From: an uncultured Bacteroides sp.
GTDB lineage: Bacteria; Bacteroidota; Bacteroidia; Bacteroidales; GCA-2748055
Assembly: GCA_964453785.1 (NCBI GenBank)
Contig: CAYVRK010000010.1
Location: 1,117-65,116 of the forward strand
Length of the DNA: 64,000 nucleotides
Reading direction: 5' to 3'
Shown piece after piece: positions 18,900 through 27,972 of the stretch (positions within the stretch are counted from its first letter, which is position 1; each line of letters opens with the position of its first letter). The notes beneath the pieces are model-generated. The model was not told where the DNA came from. It saw only the letters and a list, made by a program, of their open reading frames with translations, and did no database searches. The translations under genes and the position numbers were made by a program.

Positions 18900-21080
18900 A
18901 TGCTGAAGCTTTTGATCCCGAAAGTTAATGCATGGATAAATCGTTTGGCTTTCGTTCCGGGCGACAGTGAGGATGTCTGCCTGTTGAAACGGATTCACTG
19001 GATCTTATCACTTGTTGGGGTGTTTCTGGTTTCACCACTCATTCCGGTATCTTTGATTCTTGGAGTTTCTAACTGGACGCTGATGGGAATAGCCTATGTA
19101 GGGTTTTTTTCTGTTCAGTTGATTATTTTCTACAAAGTTCGCCGGGGAGTTGCCTGCTTTGGTTTTATTACCCAACTATTTCATGTGATTTTCTCCTTTG
19201 TTGGTGTTTTAATTACCGGGGGGATTCTTCATTCAGCTGGTATTATTTTTATAGGCTTGGTAGGGCCATTGTATGCGCTTGTTTTTCCAAGCAGAAGGCG
19301 TGCAATCATCCTGTTGATTCTCTATTTGGTAAGTGTAGTCGCCGAAGCTCTTCTGCAACCTGTTATTCCTCCTTATCCGCCTATTACTCCTGTTATCAAT
19401 ACGGTCATGTTCCTGATTCAGTTCATGGTTGTGGTCTACGCTATTTTTTTTACCATCCAATATTATACGAGTCAGATGATTCGCATGAAAATGTTGGAAT
19501 CTGAGCGATTGAAGGAACTTGACGAAGTGAAAACAAAGATCTATAGCAACATTACCCACGAGTTCAGAACTCCTTTAACCATTATCCTGGGAATGGCTGA
19601 TCAGATCCTGGAGCGTCCGGCCAAAATGCTGAATGAGGGAATGTACATGATCAAGAGAAACGGTCAGAACCTTTTACATCTTGTGAATCAGATGCTTGAT
19701 TTATCAAAGATCGAAGCAAAAGCGATGTCGGTAAATTATTACCAGGGAGAAATGATTGCTTACCTCAGGTATCTGTTTCATACATTTAATTCGCTGGCTG
19801 AAAGCAAAAATATCACGCTGGAGTTCCATACCGGTATCGATGAATTGTTCATGGATATAGACCCTGAGAAACTCATGCAGATCCTGTCCAATCTGATGTC
19901 AAATGCGGTCAAATATACCCCCGAGGGTGGTAAAATTCAGATGGCGGCAGGTACACATAAAACCAAGGAGAAGAATGAACTGATTATAAAAGTGAAGGAT
20001 AACGGTATGGGTATCCCTGCTGAGAAAATTCCTTATATTTTCGATCGGTTTTATAAAATTGAAGACCAGCCCTCGGGTAAATCTGCAGGAACCGGCATTG
20101 GATTGGCCCTGACCAAAGAAATGACAGCACTTTTGCAGGGAACGATCCAAGTTCAAAGTGACATAAAAAACGGAACCGAATTCACCATTACCTTGCCTGT
20201 AACAAATAATGCTGAATTTGAGAAGGATATTGATCCGGCAAGACTCAAATCTTCCATGTCATGGATGCTGCCCGAAGAAATCCCTGCATATGCTGAAACC
20301 AGAGGAGACAACGAAGAAGGAGACCCTTTTCCGATCCTGTTAATCGTAGAGGATAATCCGGATGTGATCCGTTACCTGGAATCCATATTGGGTGCAGAAT
20401 ATAGAATTAAAACAGCAACGAATGGTCAGGAAGGTTTGGATATTGCGCTTGACTGTGTCCCCGATATTGTGATCAGCGACGTGATGATGCCCGGGATGAG
20501 CGGATTTATACTCTGTGAAAAATTGAAGACCGATGAACGGACCAGCCATATCCCGGTTATCCTGCTGACGGCCCTGGCTGCTGATGCAAAAAAACTGGAA
20601 GGGCTTGAAACAGGAGCTGATGACTACCTTGTAAAACCATTTAATGATACCGAATTAAAAGTCAGGACAAGAAATCTGATTGAACAGCGACGTAATTTGC
20701 GTGAACATTTTACACGTAATATCTCCATCTCCCCCAAAGAAATAACTGTAACATCTGCCGATGAAAGGTTTTTGATTCGTGCCATGGATGTTATTGAGGC
20801 GCAACTTAGCAATCCGGATTTCGGGGTCGATATATTCGGAAAGGAGGTGGGGATGAGCCATTCGCAACTGTACCGTAAAATACACGCCCTCACCAATCTG
20901 GCACCAGTGGATCTGATTCGAACCATCAGGCTGAGACGTGCAGCCAGCCTGTTACAACAAAAATTCGGTACCATCTCAGAAATTGCTTATGAAACGGGAT
21001 TCAGCAGTCCTTCCTATTTCTCAGACTGCTTCCGGAAACAGTTTGGCAAATCGCCAACTGAGTTTCAAACACAGAATTAA
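18900..21080 (+). CDS. Hybrid sensor kinase / response regulator / AraC-HTH protein with a membrane-only N-terminus (no periplasmic sensor domain)
   Basis: 726 aa. The first ~190 aa are about 6 hydrophobic helices. These are followed by the H-box ITHEFRTPLT, N-box LSNLMSNAVKYTPEGG, GTGIGLAL, REC (ILLIVEDNPDV...VISDVMMPGMSG...LTAL) and an AraC HTH (AYETGFSSPSYFSDCFRKQFGKSP). Confidence 0.85.
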   Translation: MLKLLIPKVNAWINRLAFVPGDSEDVCLLKRIHWILSLVGVFLVSPLIPVSLILGVSNWTLMGIAYVGFFSVQLIIFYKVRRGVACFGFITQLFHVIFSFVGVLITGGILHSAGIIFIGLVGPLYALVFPSRRRAIILLILYLVSVVAEALLQPVIPPYPPITPVINTVMFLIQFMVVVYAIFFTIQYYTSQMIRMKMLESERLKELDEVKTKIYSNITHEFRTPLTIILGMADQILERPAKMLNEGMYMIKRNGQNLLHLVNQMLDLSKIEAKAMSVNYYQGEMIAYLRYLFHTFNSLAESKNITLEFHTGIDELFMDIDPEKLMQILSNLMSNAVKYTPEGGKIQMAAGTHKTKEKNELIIKVKDNGMGIPAEKIPYIFDRFYKIEDQPSGKSAGTGIGLALTKEMTALLQGTIQVQSDIKNGTEFTITLPVTNNAEFEKDIDPARLKSSMSWMLPEEIPAYAETRGDNEEGDPFPILLIVEDNPDVIRYLESILGAEYRIKTATNGQEGLDIALDCVPDIVISDVMMPGMSGFILCEKLKTDERTSHIPVILLTALAADAKKLEGLETGADDYLVKPFNDTELKVRTRNLIEQRRNLREHFTRNISISPKEITVTSADERFLIRAMDVIEAQLSNPDFGVDIFGKEVGMSHSQLYRKIHALTNLAPVDLIRTIRLRRAASLLQQKFGTISEIAYETGFSSPSYFSDCFRKQFGKSPTEFQTQN

Positions 21081-21202
21081 TTTACAAAGGACTATTTCTT
21101 AAAGCATTTGGATTATTTCTGATATCCCTCCGGGAAGGTGAACCCTAATTTTGAATGATCAAATCTATTCAGTTTAACCAATTCATTCAAAAGGAGGTCA
21201 TC

Positions 21203-22495
21203 ATGAAAAAAGTAACTACACCATGTCAACTGTTTTTTGGGGCAATCTTGTTTACCGGCTTGCTGGTTATCTCTCCTCTTGTTCTGGGACAAGGCAATCC
21301 CTGGACAACAAAAAATCCCATGCCTACAGGAAGGGTAACTTCAACTGCATGCGAGGTGAATGGAAAAATTTATGTTTTGGGAGGTGCAAGTAACAATGGA
21401 TCACCCGGTCTTTCAGCCGTAGAAGAGTACGATCCGGCCACCGATACCTGGACAACGAAAGCGAATATGCCCACTGCCCGGGCAGGCTTATCAGCCTGCG
21501 TGATTAATGGGAAGATCTATGCTATTGGGGGAGGACTCTCCTGGGGTGGAGTGTGCGTTAAGGTAGTAGAAGTATACGACCCGGCCACCGATACCTGGAC
21601 GGCGAAGGCCAATATGCCGACAGCCAGAGCGAATTTTTCCACCTGTGTAGTCAATGGTAAAATTTATGCCATTGGAGGAGCAATTGGTCCGGATGGAGTT
21701 TTTTCCGTGGTGGAAGAATACGACCCGTCTACCGATACCTGGACCACGAAAGCTGATATGCCCACTGCAAGAAATGCTCCATCTGCCAGCGTGGTGAATG
21801 GAAAGGTTTATGTGATGGGCGGGGCATTAAGTCAACAGCAACTCACCTCGAAAGTTGAAGTTTACGATCCCGAGACCAATACCTGGTCGGATTCCACAGC
21901 CCGTATGCTTACCGTAAGAGCGGCTTTTGCTACCAGCGTAGTAAACGGGAAGATCTATGCTTTTGGAGGAATCACCTCCATGCTCGCAGAGCCTCTGTCA
22001 ACCATGGAAGAGTATGATCCGGAAACTGATACCTGGACAAAAAAAACAGCAATGCCGACCGCAAGATCGTTTTTTACCTCTGCAGCAGTGAATGAGAAGA
22101 TCTATATTATGGGAGGAACAGTGAAAAATGTTTTGAATATCTCACTGACGGACCATCTTGATGTTTATAATCCGGAGATTGATCAGGAACTTCCTTCTTC
22201 CGTTAAAAGTAGTTACGATGGCAAATCAATTTTGTCCACGCTGCATCAGAATCATCCAAATCCTTTCGGTTCAGCCACAACCATTCCGTATGAACTGTCA
22301 ACCCATGCGTGGGTTAGACTTTTTGTTTGTGATTTACAGGGCCGTGAAATTGACCTGTTGGTTGACGGGTATTTTCCGGGCGGGAAATACCAGACTGAAT
22401 GGAACGCCGGTAACATGGAGGGGGGAATGTACCTTGCAAGGCTCATATTAAACAATGAATTCTCAGGATCAATAAAACTGCTCCTGCAAAAATAA
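21203..22495 (+). CDS. Kelch-repeat beta-propeller protein with a T9SS C-terminal sorting domain
   Basis: Signal peptide from the ATG at 21203 (MKKVTTPCQLFFGAILF...). Six repeats of the form Y-D-P-x-T-D-T-W-T-x-K-A-x-M-P-T-A-R...V-N-G-K-I-Y-A-I-G-G. The C-terminus NHPNPFGSATTIPYEL...GMYLARLILNNEFSGSIKLLLQK matches the Por/T9SS type A CTD pattern. Confidence 0.85.
   Translation: MKKVTTPCQLFFGAILFTGLLVISPLVLGQGNPWTTKNPMPTGRVTSTACEVNGKIYVLGGASNNGSPGLSAVEEYDPATDTWTTKANMPTARAGLSACVINGKIYAIGGGLSWGGVCVKVVEVYDPATDTWTAKANMPTARANFSTCVVNGKIYAIGGAIGPDGVFSVVEEYDPSTDTWTTKADMPTARNAPSASVVNGKVYVMGGALSQQQLTSKVEVYDPETNTWSDSTARMLTVRAAFATSVVNGKIYAFGGITSMLAEPLSTMEEYDPETDTWTKKTAMPTARSFFTSAAVNEKIYIMGGTVKNVLNISLTDHLDVYNPEIDQELPSSVKSSYDGKSILSTLHQNHPNPFGSATTIPYELSTHAWVRLFVCDLQGREIDLLVDGYFPGGKYQTEWNAGNMEGGMYLARLILNNEFSGSIKLLLQK
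21296..22175 (+). repeat. Six tandem Kelch-blade coding repeats (period about 144-150 bp) with strong DNA-level similarity between blades 2, 3, 4 and 6
   Basis: Recurrent strings such as gatacctggacaacgaaagcgaatatgcccactgcc, gatacctggacggcgaaggccaatatgccgacagcc, gatacctggaccacgaaagctgatatgcccactgca and gatacctggacaaaaaaaacagcaatgccgaccgca. Confidence 0.8.
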
Positions 22496-22524
22496 GACCC
22501 TGTCCAAATTACATGGTGAAGGGC

Positions 22525-22896
22525 TCAGTCCATGGGGCGGAACAGGACATATCCATAAGCAATTGTAAACAACAGGTAGATCCCAACAACGGCCCAACCG
22601 ATGGTCATGGTGCCGGCAAGGGTGCCGAAGAGAGAAACCATCACACCAAGGATATAGGTGATTAAAAAGGCCAAGATGATGGCTTTCTGTGCTTTTGCGT
22701 CTTCCACATTTCTGCTGAACCAGGCAAGCAAAGCAATGACCAGGGATCCCAATCCTGCATATTGAGCCATTAACTGAACGGCCGGACCGGATTCCACCCC
22801 GTAAAGAGACAATACGCTTGAGGGTAACAACAGGGCCAAAATTCCGCTGCACCCCAGGACAAACGCATTGACGATGAGCAAGGTTCTTAACTTCAT
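22525..22896 (-). CDS. Small integral membrane protein (4 predicted TM helices), function unknown
   Basis: 123 aa, hydrophobic throughout (LLIVNAFVLGCSGILALLL, GLGSLVIALLAWF, IILAFLITYILGVMVSLFG, WAVVGIYLLFTIAYGYVLF). I prefer it over the overlapping out-of-frame 155-aa ORF. Confidence 0.6.
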   Translation of the reverse strand: MKLRTLLIVNAFVLGCSGILALLLPSSVLSLYGVESGPAVQLMAQYAGLGSLVIALLAWFSRNVEDAKAQKAIILAFLITYILGVMVSLFGTLAGTMTIGWAVVGIYLLFTIAYGYVLFRPMD

Positions 22897-22994
22897 CAGA
22901 ATAAATATTAAATTTAATCCTATGAAAGTTAGACAATTGGTATAGTTATGTCAAATAAATACATTTGTTTTGGTTTATCTTAAAAGGAATCAAA

Positions 22995-24281
22995 ATGAAT
23001 TTCCCCGTGAAATATCGATTTTACACGGTCCGTTGCGCAGCACTCATCCTGTCGGTTTTATTCTCGAATGATGTGTACGCCTTTTCACCGTATGATGAAC
23101 AGAAATCACAGGATTCAGCCATTGAATCAAATCGAAAGGGTATGCTTTTTATCAAAGGGAAACCCGGCGTTGAGGTGCATATAGAACAATTAAAACATGA
23201 GTTTTGGTTTGGTTGTGCTATTTCGTCGCAGGTCTTTGCCGGGAATTCAAGAATGTCTGAATCTGACATCAGAATGTACAAAGCGAAATTCCTGGAAAAC
23301 TTCAATGCTGCAGTCACCGAGAATGCTGTGAAGTGGGGTTCAATGGAGAGAAACCGGGGTACAATCGATTATAAAACTGCAGACAATATATTGGACTGGA
23401 CCGAAGAAAACAATCTGCCCTGCAGGGGACACAATTTATATTGGGGCATCGAAAAGTTTGTGCAAAAATGGGTGAAAGAACTGGATGAAAAAGAGCTTCG
23501 GGAAGCGCTGGAAAAACGGGGAACCGAAACCGCAGAACATTTCGAAGGGCGGTTTGTGGAATACGATCTGAACAATGAAATGATTCATGGAAATTATTAT
23601 GCCGTGAAATTGGGAGATGGAATTACCAAAGAGATGGCTGACTGGGTTTTACAAGGCGATCCGCAAGCGAAACTTTGGGTGAACGATTATGATATACTTA
23701 CCGGCGTGCGTCTGGATGATTATTTGAAGCACATCCGGAAGATGCAGCAAGAAGGTGTTCCCATAGCTGGAATCGGGGTTCAGGGTCATTTGCACGGCGA
23801 CACTTTTTCAAGAGAAAAATTGAAAGCAAGTTTGGACTCACTGGCACAATTTGGCTTGCCCATACGCATTACTGAATTTAATTTCCCGGGGCAGCGCTCG
23901 AAGTATTATGAGGACAGATCACTGAAGCTGACCGAGGAGGAAGAGCTGCATAAAGCCAATGAAATTGTGGATTTTTACCGGATTTGTTTTGCACACCCTG
24001 CTGTGGAGGGAATACTGATGTGGGGGTTCTGGGAGGGTGCAAACTGGATTAGAGTTTCTTCTTTATACCATCAGGATTGGTCGCCGACACCGGCTTTGGC
24101 GGCATACCAGGATCTGGTCTTTCATCAGTGGAATACATCAGTTTCAGTTACTCTTGATCAAAATGGAGAAGCGCTTGTACCCGCTTTTTATGGCGAATAC
24201 AAAATTTCAAGTGGTCAAAAAGAGACCCGTATTTCTCTGGAAAAAAAGACGGGGATCAAGGAAGTCAGACTGGCATTTTAA
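22995..24281 (+). CDS. GH10-family endo-beta-1,4-xylanase-like glycoside hydrolase
   Basis: Motifs ENAVKWGSME, RGHNLYWG, YDLNNEMIHG (acid/base NE) and IRITEFNF (nucleophile TE), with a signal-like N-terminus from the ATG at 22995. The track start at 22965 is a TTG. Confidence 0.82.
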   Translation: MNFPVKYRFYTVRCAALILSVLFSNDVYAFSPYDEQKSQDSAIESNRKGMLFIKGKPGVEVHIEQLKHEFWFGCAISSQVFAGNSRMSESDIRMYKAKFLENFNAAVTENAVKWGSMERNRGTIDYKTADNILDWTEENNLPCRGHNLYWGIEKFVQKWVKELDEKELREALEKRGTETAEHFEGRFVEYDLNNEMIHGNYYAVKLGDGITKEMADWVLQGDPQAKLWVNDYDILTGVRLDDYLKHIRKMQQEGVPIAGIGVQGHLHGDTFSREKLKASLDSLAQFGLPIRITEFNFPGQRSKYYEDRSLKLTEEEELHKANEIVDFYRICFAHPAVEGILMWGFWEGANWIRVSSLYHQDWSPTPALAAYQDLVFHQWNTSVSVTLDQNGEALVPAFYGEYKISSGQKETRISLEKKTGIKEVRLAF

Positions 24282-24410
24282 CCTGTATTGCGTTACAACA
24301 AAGAAGAGCCTGTGCCAAAATTACACACATGGTTAGGTATGCCCGGGAGGAAGCCTATAAATGTTTATGCAATAAAGATTTTAAGCGACGAACGGGTATA
24401 CCTAACCAAG

Positions 24411-24440
24411 AAGAGGCTGTACCTTTCGATACAGCCTCTT
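24411..24440 (+). terminator. Perfect 11-bp-stem hairpin between convergent GH10 and htrA genes
   Basis: AAGAGGCTGTA - cctttcga - TACAGCCTCTT, followed on the plus strand by the T-rich atctgtttgcttttt. Confidence 0.5.
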
Positions 24441-24462
24441 ATCTGTTTGCTTTTTGAGTGTT

Positions 24463-26007
24463 TTATTCAGGTAGCCCAAACGCAAAATAGAGTTCCCCCG
24501 GATAGTTTTCATAGATTCCCTGGATCAAAACGCCCCCTTTCTGTTGTTTCAGGAACTTGCGGATATCATTTACCGAAGTAACTTTTTCCTGGTTGATCCC
24601 GGTGATTATAAATCCTTCGGAGATGTCGGTCTGGTTTTTCAGAAGTCCGCTCTTCAGCTCTTTTACCCTCACTCCGCCTTCTATTCCAAGCTTCTTGGCA
24701 GTAGGTCTGTCAACATCCTCCAGTTCTGCCCCCAGAATGTCCAGGATGTCCATTTGTTCCTTGGATGCCAGCTTCTTTTTGCCATTTTGATCTGCAAGCA
24801 TCACATGAAAAGTCATTTCCTTTCCATTCCGGTCCACTGCGACAGCAACCTCATCACCGGGTCTGTGCCTGCCTATCTGTTCCAACACGTCTGAAGATTG
24901 CAGAACCGGAGTATCATTTACGCCGGTGATCACATCCCCGGCCAGAATACCTGCTTCAGCAGCTGCTCCCTTTGCCATCACGCTGTCCACATAGGCGCCT
25001 TCACTCTTTTTCAATTTCTCATCCTTTAACAGGCTGCCATCTATGTTCCTGATCATAATTCCAAGGTAAGCCCTTTGAACAACACCGTAGTTTAATAAAT
25101 CCTCGACAACCTTGTTAACGATGTTCGCAGGAATGGCAAACCCATAGCCTGTATAGGCACCGGTTGGGCTTGCAATGGCAGTGTTTATGCCAATCAGCTC
25201 GCCATTCAGGTTGACCAGGGCACCACCGCTGTTCCCCGGATTGATGGCTGCATCGGTCTGGATAAAGGCTTCAATGGCCGACTTGTCATCGATGATATTG
25301 ATGTTCCTTCCTTTGGCACTGATAATGCCGGCCGTAACCGTCGAATTCAGGTTGAAGGGATTCCCGATGGCCATGACCCACTCTCCCACTTCCACCTGGT
25401 CCGAATTACCGATGGGTATATCCTCCAGATTGTCTTCCCGGATCTGCAAAAGAGCTATATCGGTTGAAGGATCAGCCCCTACCACTTTGGCCTTATAGGT
25501 TTCATTGTTATGCAGGGTAACCTCAATCTCATCTGCATTCTCAATCACATGGTTGTTGGTGACAATATACCCGTTTTTGCTGATGATGACACCCGAACCG
25601 GTTCCCATCTGGACAAAAGGTTCAGAACGCCCCCGCTGCTGCCCCTGTGGTTCCGGGGTACCCTGGAAAAATCTAAAAAAGTCATCCCCAAACATGTCCC
25701 CGAAGGGATTGCGCTGATTGTTATAAAACGGATTCGACGAAGGTTGTACCTTGTGGGCCGACCGAATGTGAACCACCGAATTCATCACCTCCTTAGAAAC
25801 CCCTGTAAAATCAAGTGGAACATACTCCCCATTCTCTTTTACCGTGTATAAGGCATGGTGAACCGGCAAAACCTCTTGTTTTTGAAAAGACTTGGTTGAA
25901 TCTCCATGGTTGAACCCAAGGAGAAAAAAGACCGCAATGGTCAGACCACTTCCTATGATGGAAGGGATCATCAGTTTTATGAACTTTTTCATTTTAATTT
26001 CCTCCAT
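24463..26007 (-). CDS. htrA: HtrA/DegP/DegQ-family periplasmic serine endoprotease with two PDZ domains
   Basis: Catalytic-triad context NNHVIENADEI (His), DIALLQI (Asp) and GNSGGALVNLNGELIGINTAI (Ser). Two PDZ-like regions lie C-terminal. An alternative ATG sits at 25992. Confidence 0.92.
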   Translation of the reverse strand: MEEIKMKKFIKLMIPSIIGSGLTIAVFFLLGFNHGDSTKSFQKQEVLPVHHALYTVKENGEYVPLDFTGVSKEVMNSVVHIRSAHKVQPSSNPFYNNQRNPFGDMFGDDFFRFFQGTPEPQGQQRGRSEPFVQMGTGSGVIISKNGYIVTNNHVIENADEIEVTLHNNETYKAKVVGADPSTDIALLQIREDNLEDIPIGNSDQVEVGEWVMAIGNPFNLNSTVTAGIISAKGRNINIIDDKSAIEAFIQTDAAINPGNSGGALVNLNGELIGINTAIASPTGAYTGYGFAIPANIVNKVVEDLLNYGVVQRAYLGIMIRNIDGSLLKDEKLKKSEGAYVDSVMAKGAAAEAGILAGDVITGVNDTPVLQSSDVLEQIGRHRPGDEVAVAVDRNGKEMTFHVMLADQNGKKKLASKEQMDILDILGAELEDVDRPTAKKLGIEGGVRVKELKSGLLKNQTDISEGFIITGINQEKVTSVNDIRKFLKQQKGGVLIQGIYENYPGELYFAFGLPE

Positions 26008-26019
26008 TTTTATTATTTA

Positions 26020-26439
26020 TTAATTGCTATTTCTCCCCCATGGCCTGAATCCAAGAATGACCTTCAATATTTTTGAGTCAATAGCCTGACAGGATATGAG
26101 ATGGTATATATAACCGGGCTTCAGTTTGACTTCCGAAAAACCGATGACCATAAGGTCCTCTTCAAAATCGCCATCGTTCTTCTGCTTAACCAGGTGCGTC
26201 CTGAATGGTTTGTTATAGGAGGACACCAAGGGTGCCTCCAGGATAACACTGTTTCCCTTCAGGAAAGCATTGATGTCCTGACTGTCCATTTGGTCAGTCT
26301 CTATGATCAGGACCAGTTGCTGCCTTTTACGGTCCCAAATAAAATTGGTATTCCTGATCCCAAGCGTATTCCCTGATTGCGAGAAATGGTGTCTTACTTT
26401 TTCGAAAGACAGGCTGGAAGTATAATGATTTCTGTACAT
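26020..26439 (-). CDS. Hypothetical protein, possibly a divergent alpha-crystallin/Hsp20-like fold, co-directional with htrA (12-bp gap)
   Basis: There is only a weak topological resemblance to Hsp20 (QLVLIIETDQMDSQDINAFLKGNSVILEAPL ... DLMVIGFSEVKLKPG ... SKILKVILG). I chose the start at the ATG at 26439; the track ORF extends to 26529. Confidence 0.35.
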   Translation of the reverse strand: MYRNHYTSSLSFEKVRHHFSQSGNTLGIRNTNFIWDRKRQQLVLIIETDQMDSQDINAFLKGNSVILEAPLVSSYNKPFRTHLVKQKNDGDFEEDLMVIGFSEVKLKPGYIYHLISCQAIDSKILKVILGFRPWGRNSN

Positions 26440-26633
26440 GATACATTGATTTAAATAATAATTGATTGATCGATTCATTCCCGGACAAAGTGTCCCCTTA
26501 TCTACCTGAATCCGGAGGGGGCAGATCAATTAAAAAAGGTACCGGATGAATAATTAAGCTCATTTCATTATTAACTTTTAGATCATTCATTCAAATAGAC
26601 GCAAAACAGCAAGAATTTGGTTCATAACCTGTG

Positions 26634-26647
26634 TTAAGAATTCTTAA
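26634..26647. promoter_or_regulatory. Perfect 14-bp palindrome TTAAGAATTCTTAA, 43 bp upstream of the PfkB kinase gene (candidate operator)
   Basis: Read directly from the sequence. Confidence 0.2.
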
Positions 26648-26689
26648 TTCCACTGTTAAAGAATATTAAATCATGGTTAATTTAGATTC

Positions 26690-27901
26690 ATGAAAAGCAA
26701 TAAAATTGTCATTTCAGGAATTGGTTGTGCATTGATCGATCACATCTATAACAACATCTCGTTTGAAGATGATTCCTTCAAAAATTTCCTTTCAGTTAAA
26801 ACCGGCGATGGTGGCCTGGTCCCGGGGAAGCTGGTTTTTAAGGAGGAGCTGGAAACATTTGCATCAGAACCATACCAGGAGATACTGGACCAGATCATTG
26901 AGGGGTGCAGTTCCATGGAATTTAACCTCGGAGGGCCCTCCCTGGTAGCCCTTATTCATGCTGTTCAAATACTTGATCCCAATGAATTTGATATCAATTT
27001 TTATGGGATCACCGGAAAAGATGAAGCTGCCAGCCAGATCATGAGCCTGATAAAAAAGACACCCCTTGATATTTCAAACTACAAGATGGAGGGAACGCTG
27101 AACACACCTTTTACCGATGTGTTTTCAGATCCTTTATATGATCACGGGCATGGGGAACGTACGTTTGTCAATAGCATTGGGGCTGCAGGGGAGTTAAGCC
27201 CGGCACATATCCCCGATGAATTTTTCACTGCCGATGTGGTTTGTTTCGGAGGCACAGCATTGGTTCCTCAAATTCATGATGACTTATCAAACTTGTTACG
27301 CCGGGGAAAGAAAAACGGAAACATCACCCTGGTCAACACGGTCTTTGATTTCCGGAATGAAAAAAGAAATCCGGACCGGCCCTGGCCACTGGTTGATCAT
27401 GTTTCCGATTTTAAACTGATCGATGTTCTGATTCTCGATTGTGAAGAAGCCTTGCGGATCAGCGGGACAAAAGAGATGGATGAGGCAGCCCTTTTCTTTA
27501 AAGATGCCGGGGTTTCTGCTTTTTTGATTACCAATGGCAGTAAATACATCATCGGGTATTCCGATGGAGGGCTGTTTCATAAACAGGACATTGCAAAGTT
27601 TCCTGTTTCAGAAAGGGTCGTGAAGGAATTGAAAAACAATCCCCATCTGAAAGGGGATACCACCGGTTGTGGTGATAACTTTGCGGGTGGTTTCATCGCT
27701 TCACTGGCCCAACAGTTGAAATCGGAGAAAAAGAAACCGCTCAGTTTTATTGAAGCCATTTCATGGGCTGTAGCTTCAGGTGGATTTGCCTGTTTCCATG
27801 TGGGGGGTACTTACTATGAAGCATCCGGAGGGGAGAAACTAGCTAAAATCAAAGACTATCAGCAAGGGTATATCAATCAAACAGGCAATACGCTTCAATA
27901 A
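26690..27901 (+). CDS. PfkB-family carbohydrate/nucleoside kinase (long form)
   Basis: N-terminal GIGCALIDHIY, and the PfkB signature DTTGCGDNFAGGFIASLAQ near the C-terminus. Confidence 0.85.
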   Translation: MKSNKIVISGIGCALIDHIYNNISFEDDSFKNFLSVKTGDGGLVPGKLVFKEELETFASEPYQEILDQIIEGCSSMEFNLGGPSLVALIHAVQILDPNEFDINFYGITGKDEAASQIMSLIKKTPLDISNYKMEGTLNTPFTDVFSDPLYDHGHGERTFVNSIGAAGELSPAHIPDEFFTADVVCFGGTALVPQIHDDLSNLLRRGKKNGNITLVNTVFDFRNEKRNPDRPWPLVDHVSDFKLIDVLILDCEEALRISGTKEMDEAALFFKDAGVSAFLITNGSKYIIGYSDGGLFHKQDIAKFPVSERVVKELKNNPHLKGDTTGCGDNFAGGFIASLAQQLKSEKKKPLSFIEAISWAVASGGFACFHVGGTYYEASGGEKLAKIKDYQQGYINQTGNTLQ

Positions 27902-27972
27902 TTCCGGCGAATATGATTCATTATCTTGGATTTTTCACAGATATTTAGGATGGTTTTTACCTTTTCAAGATC

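Noticed and set aside
22469-22936. A 155-aa ORF overlapping the 123-aa membrane-protein ORF on the same strand
   Set aside because: It is out of frame with a convincingly hydrophobic 4-TM protein. Its own translation is Cys/Arg/His-rich and unstructured.
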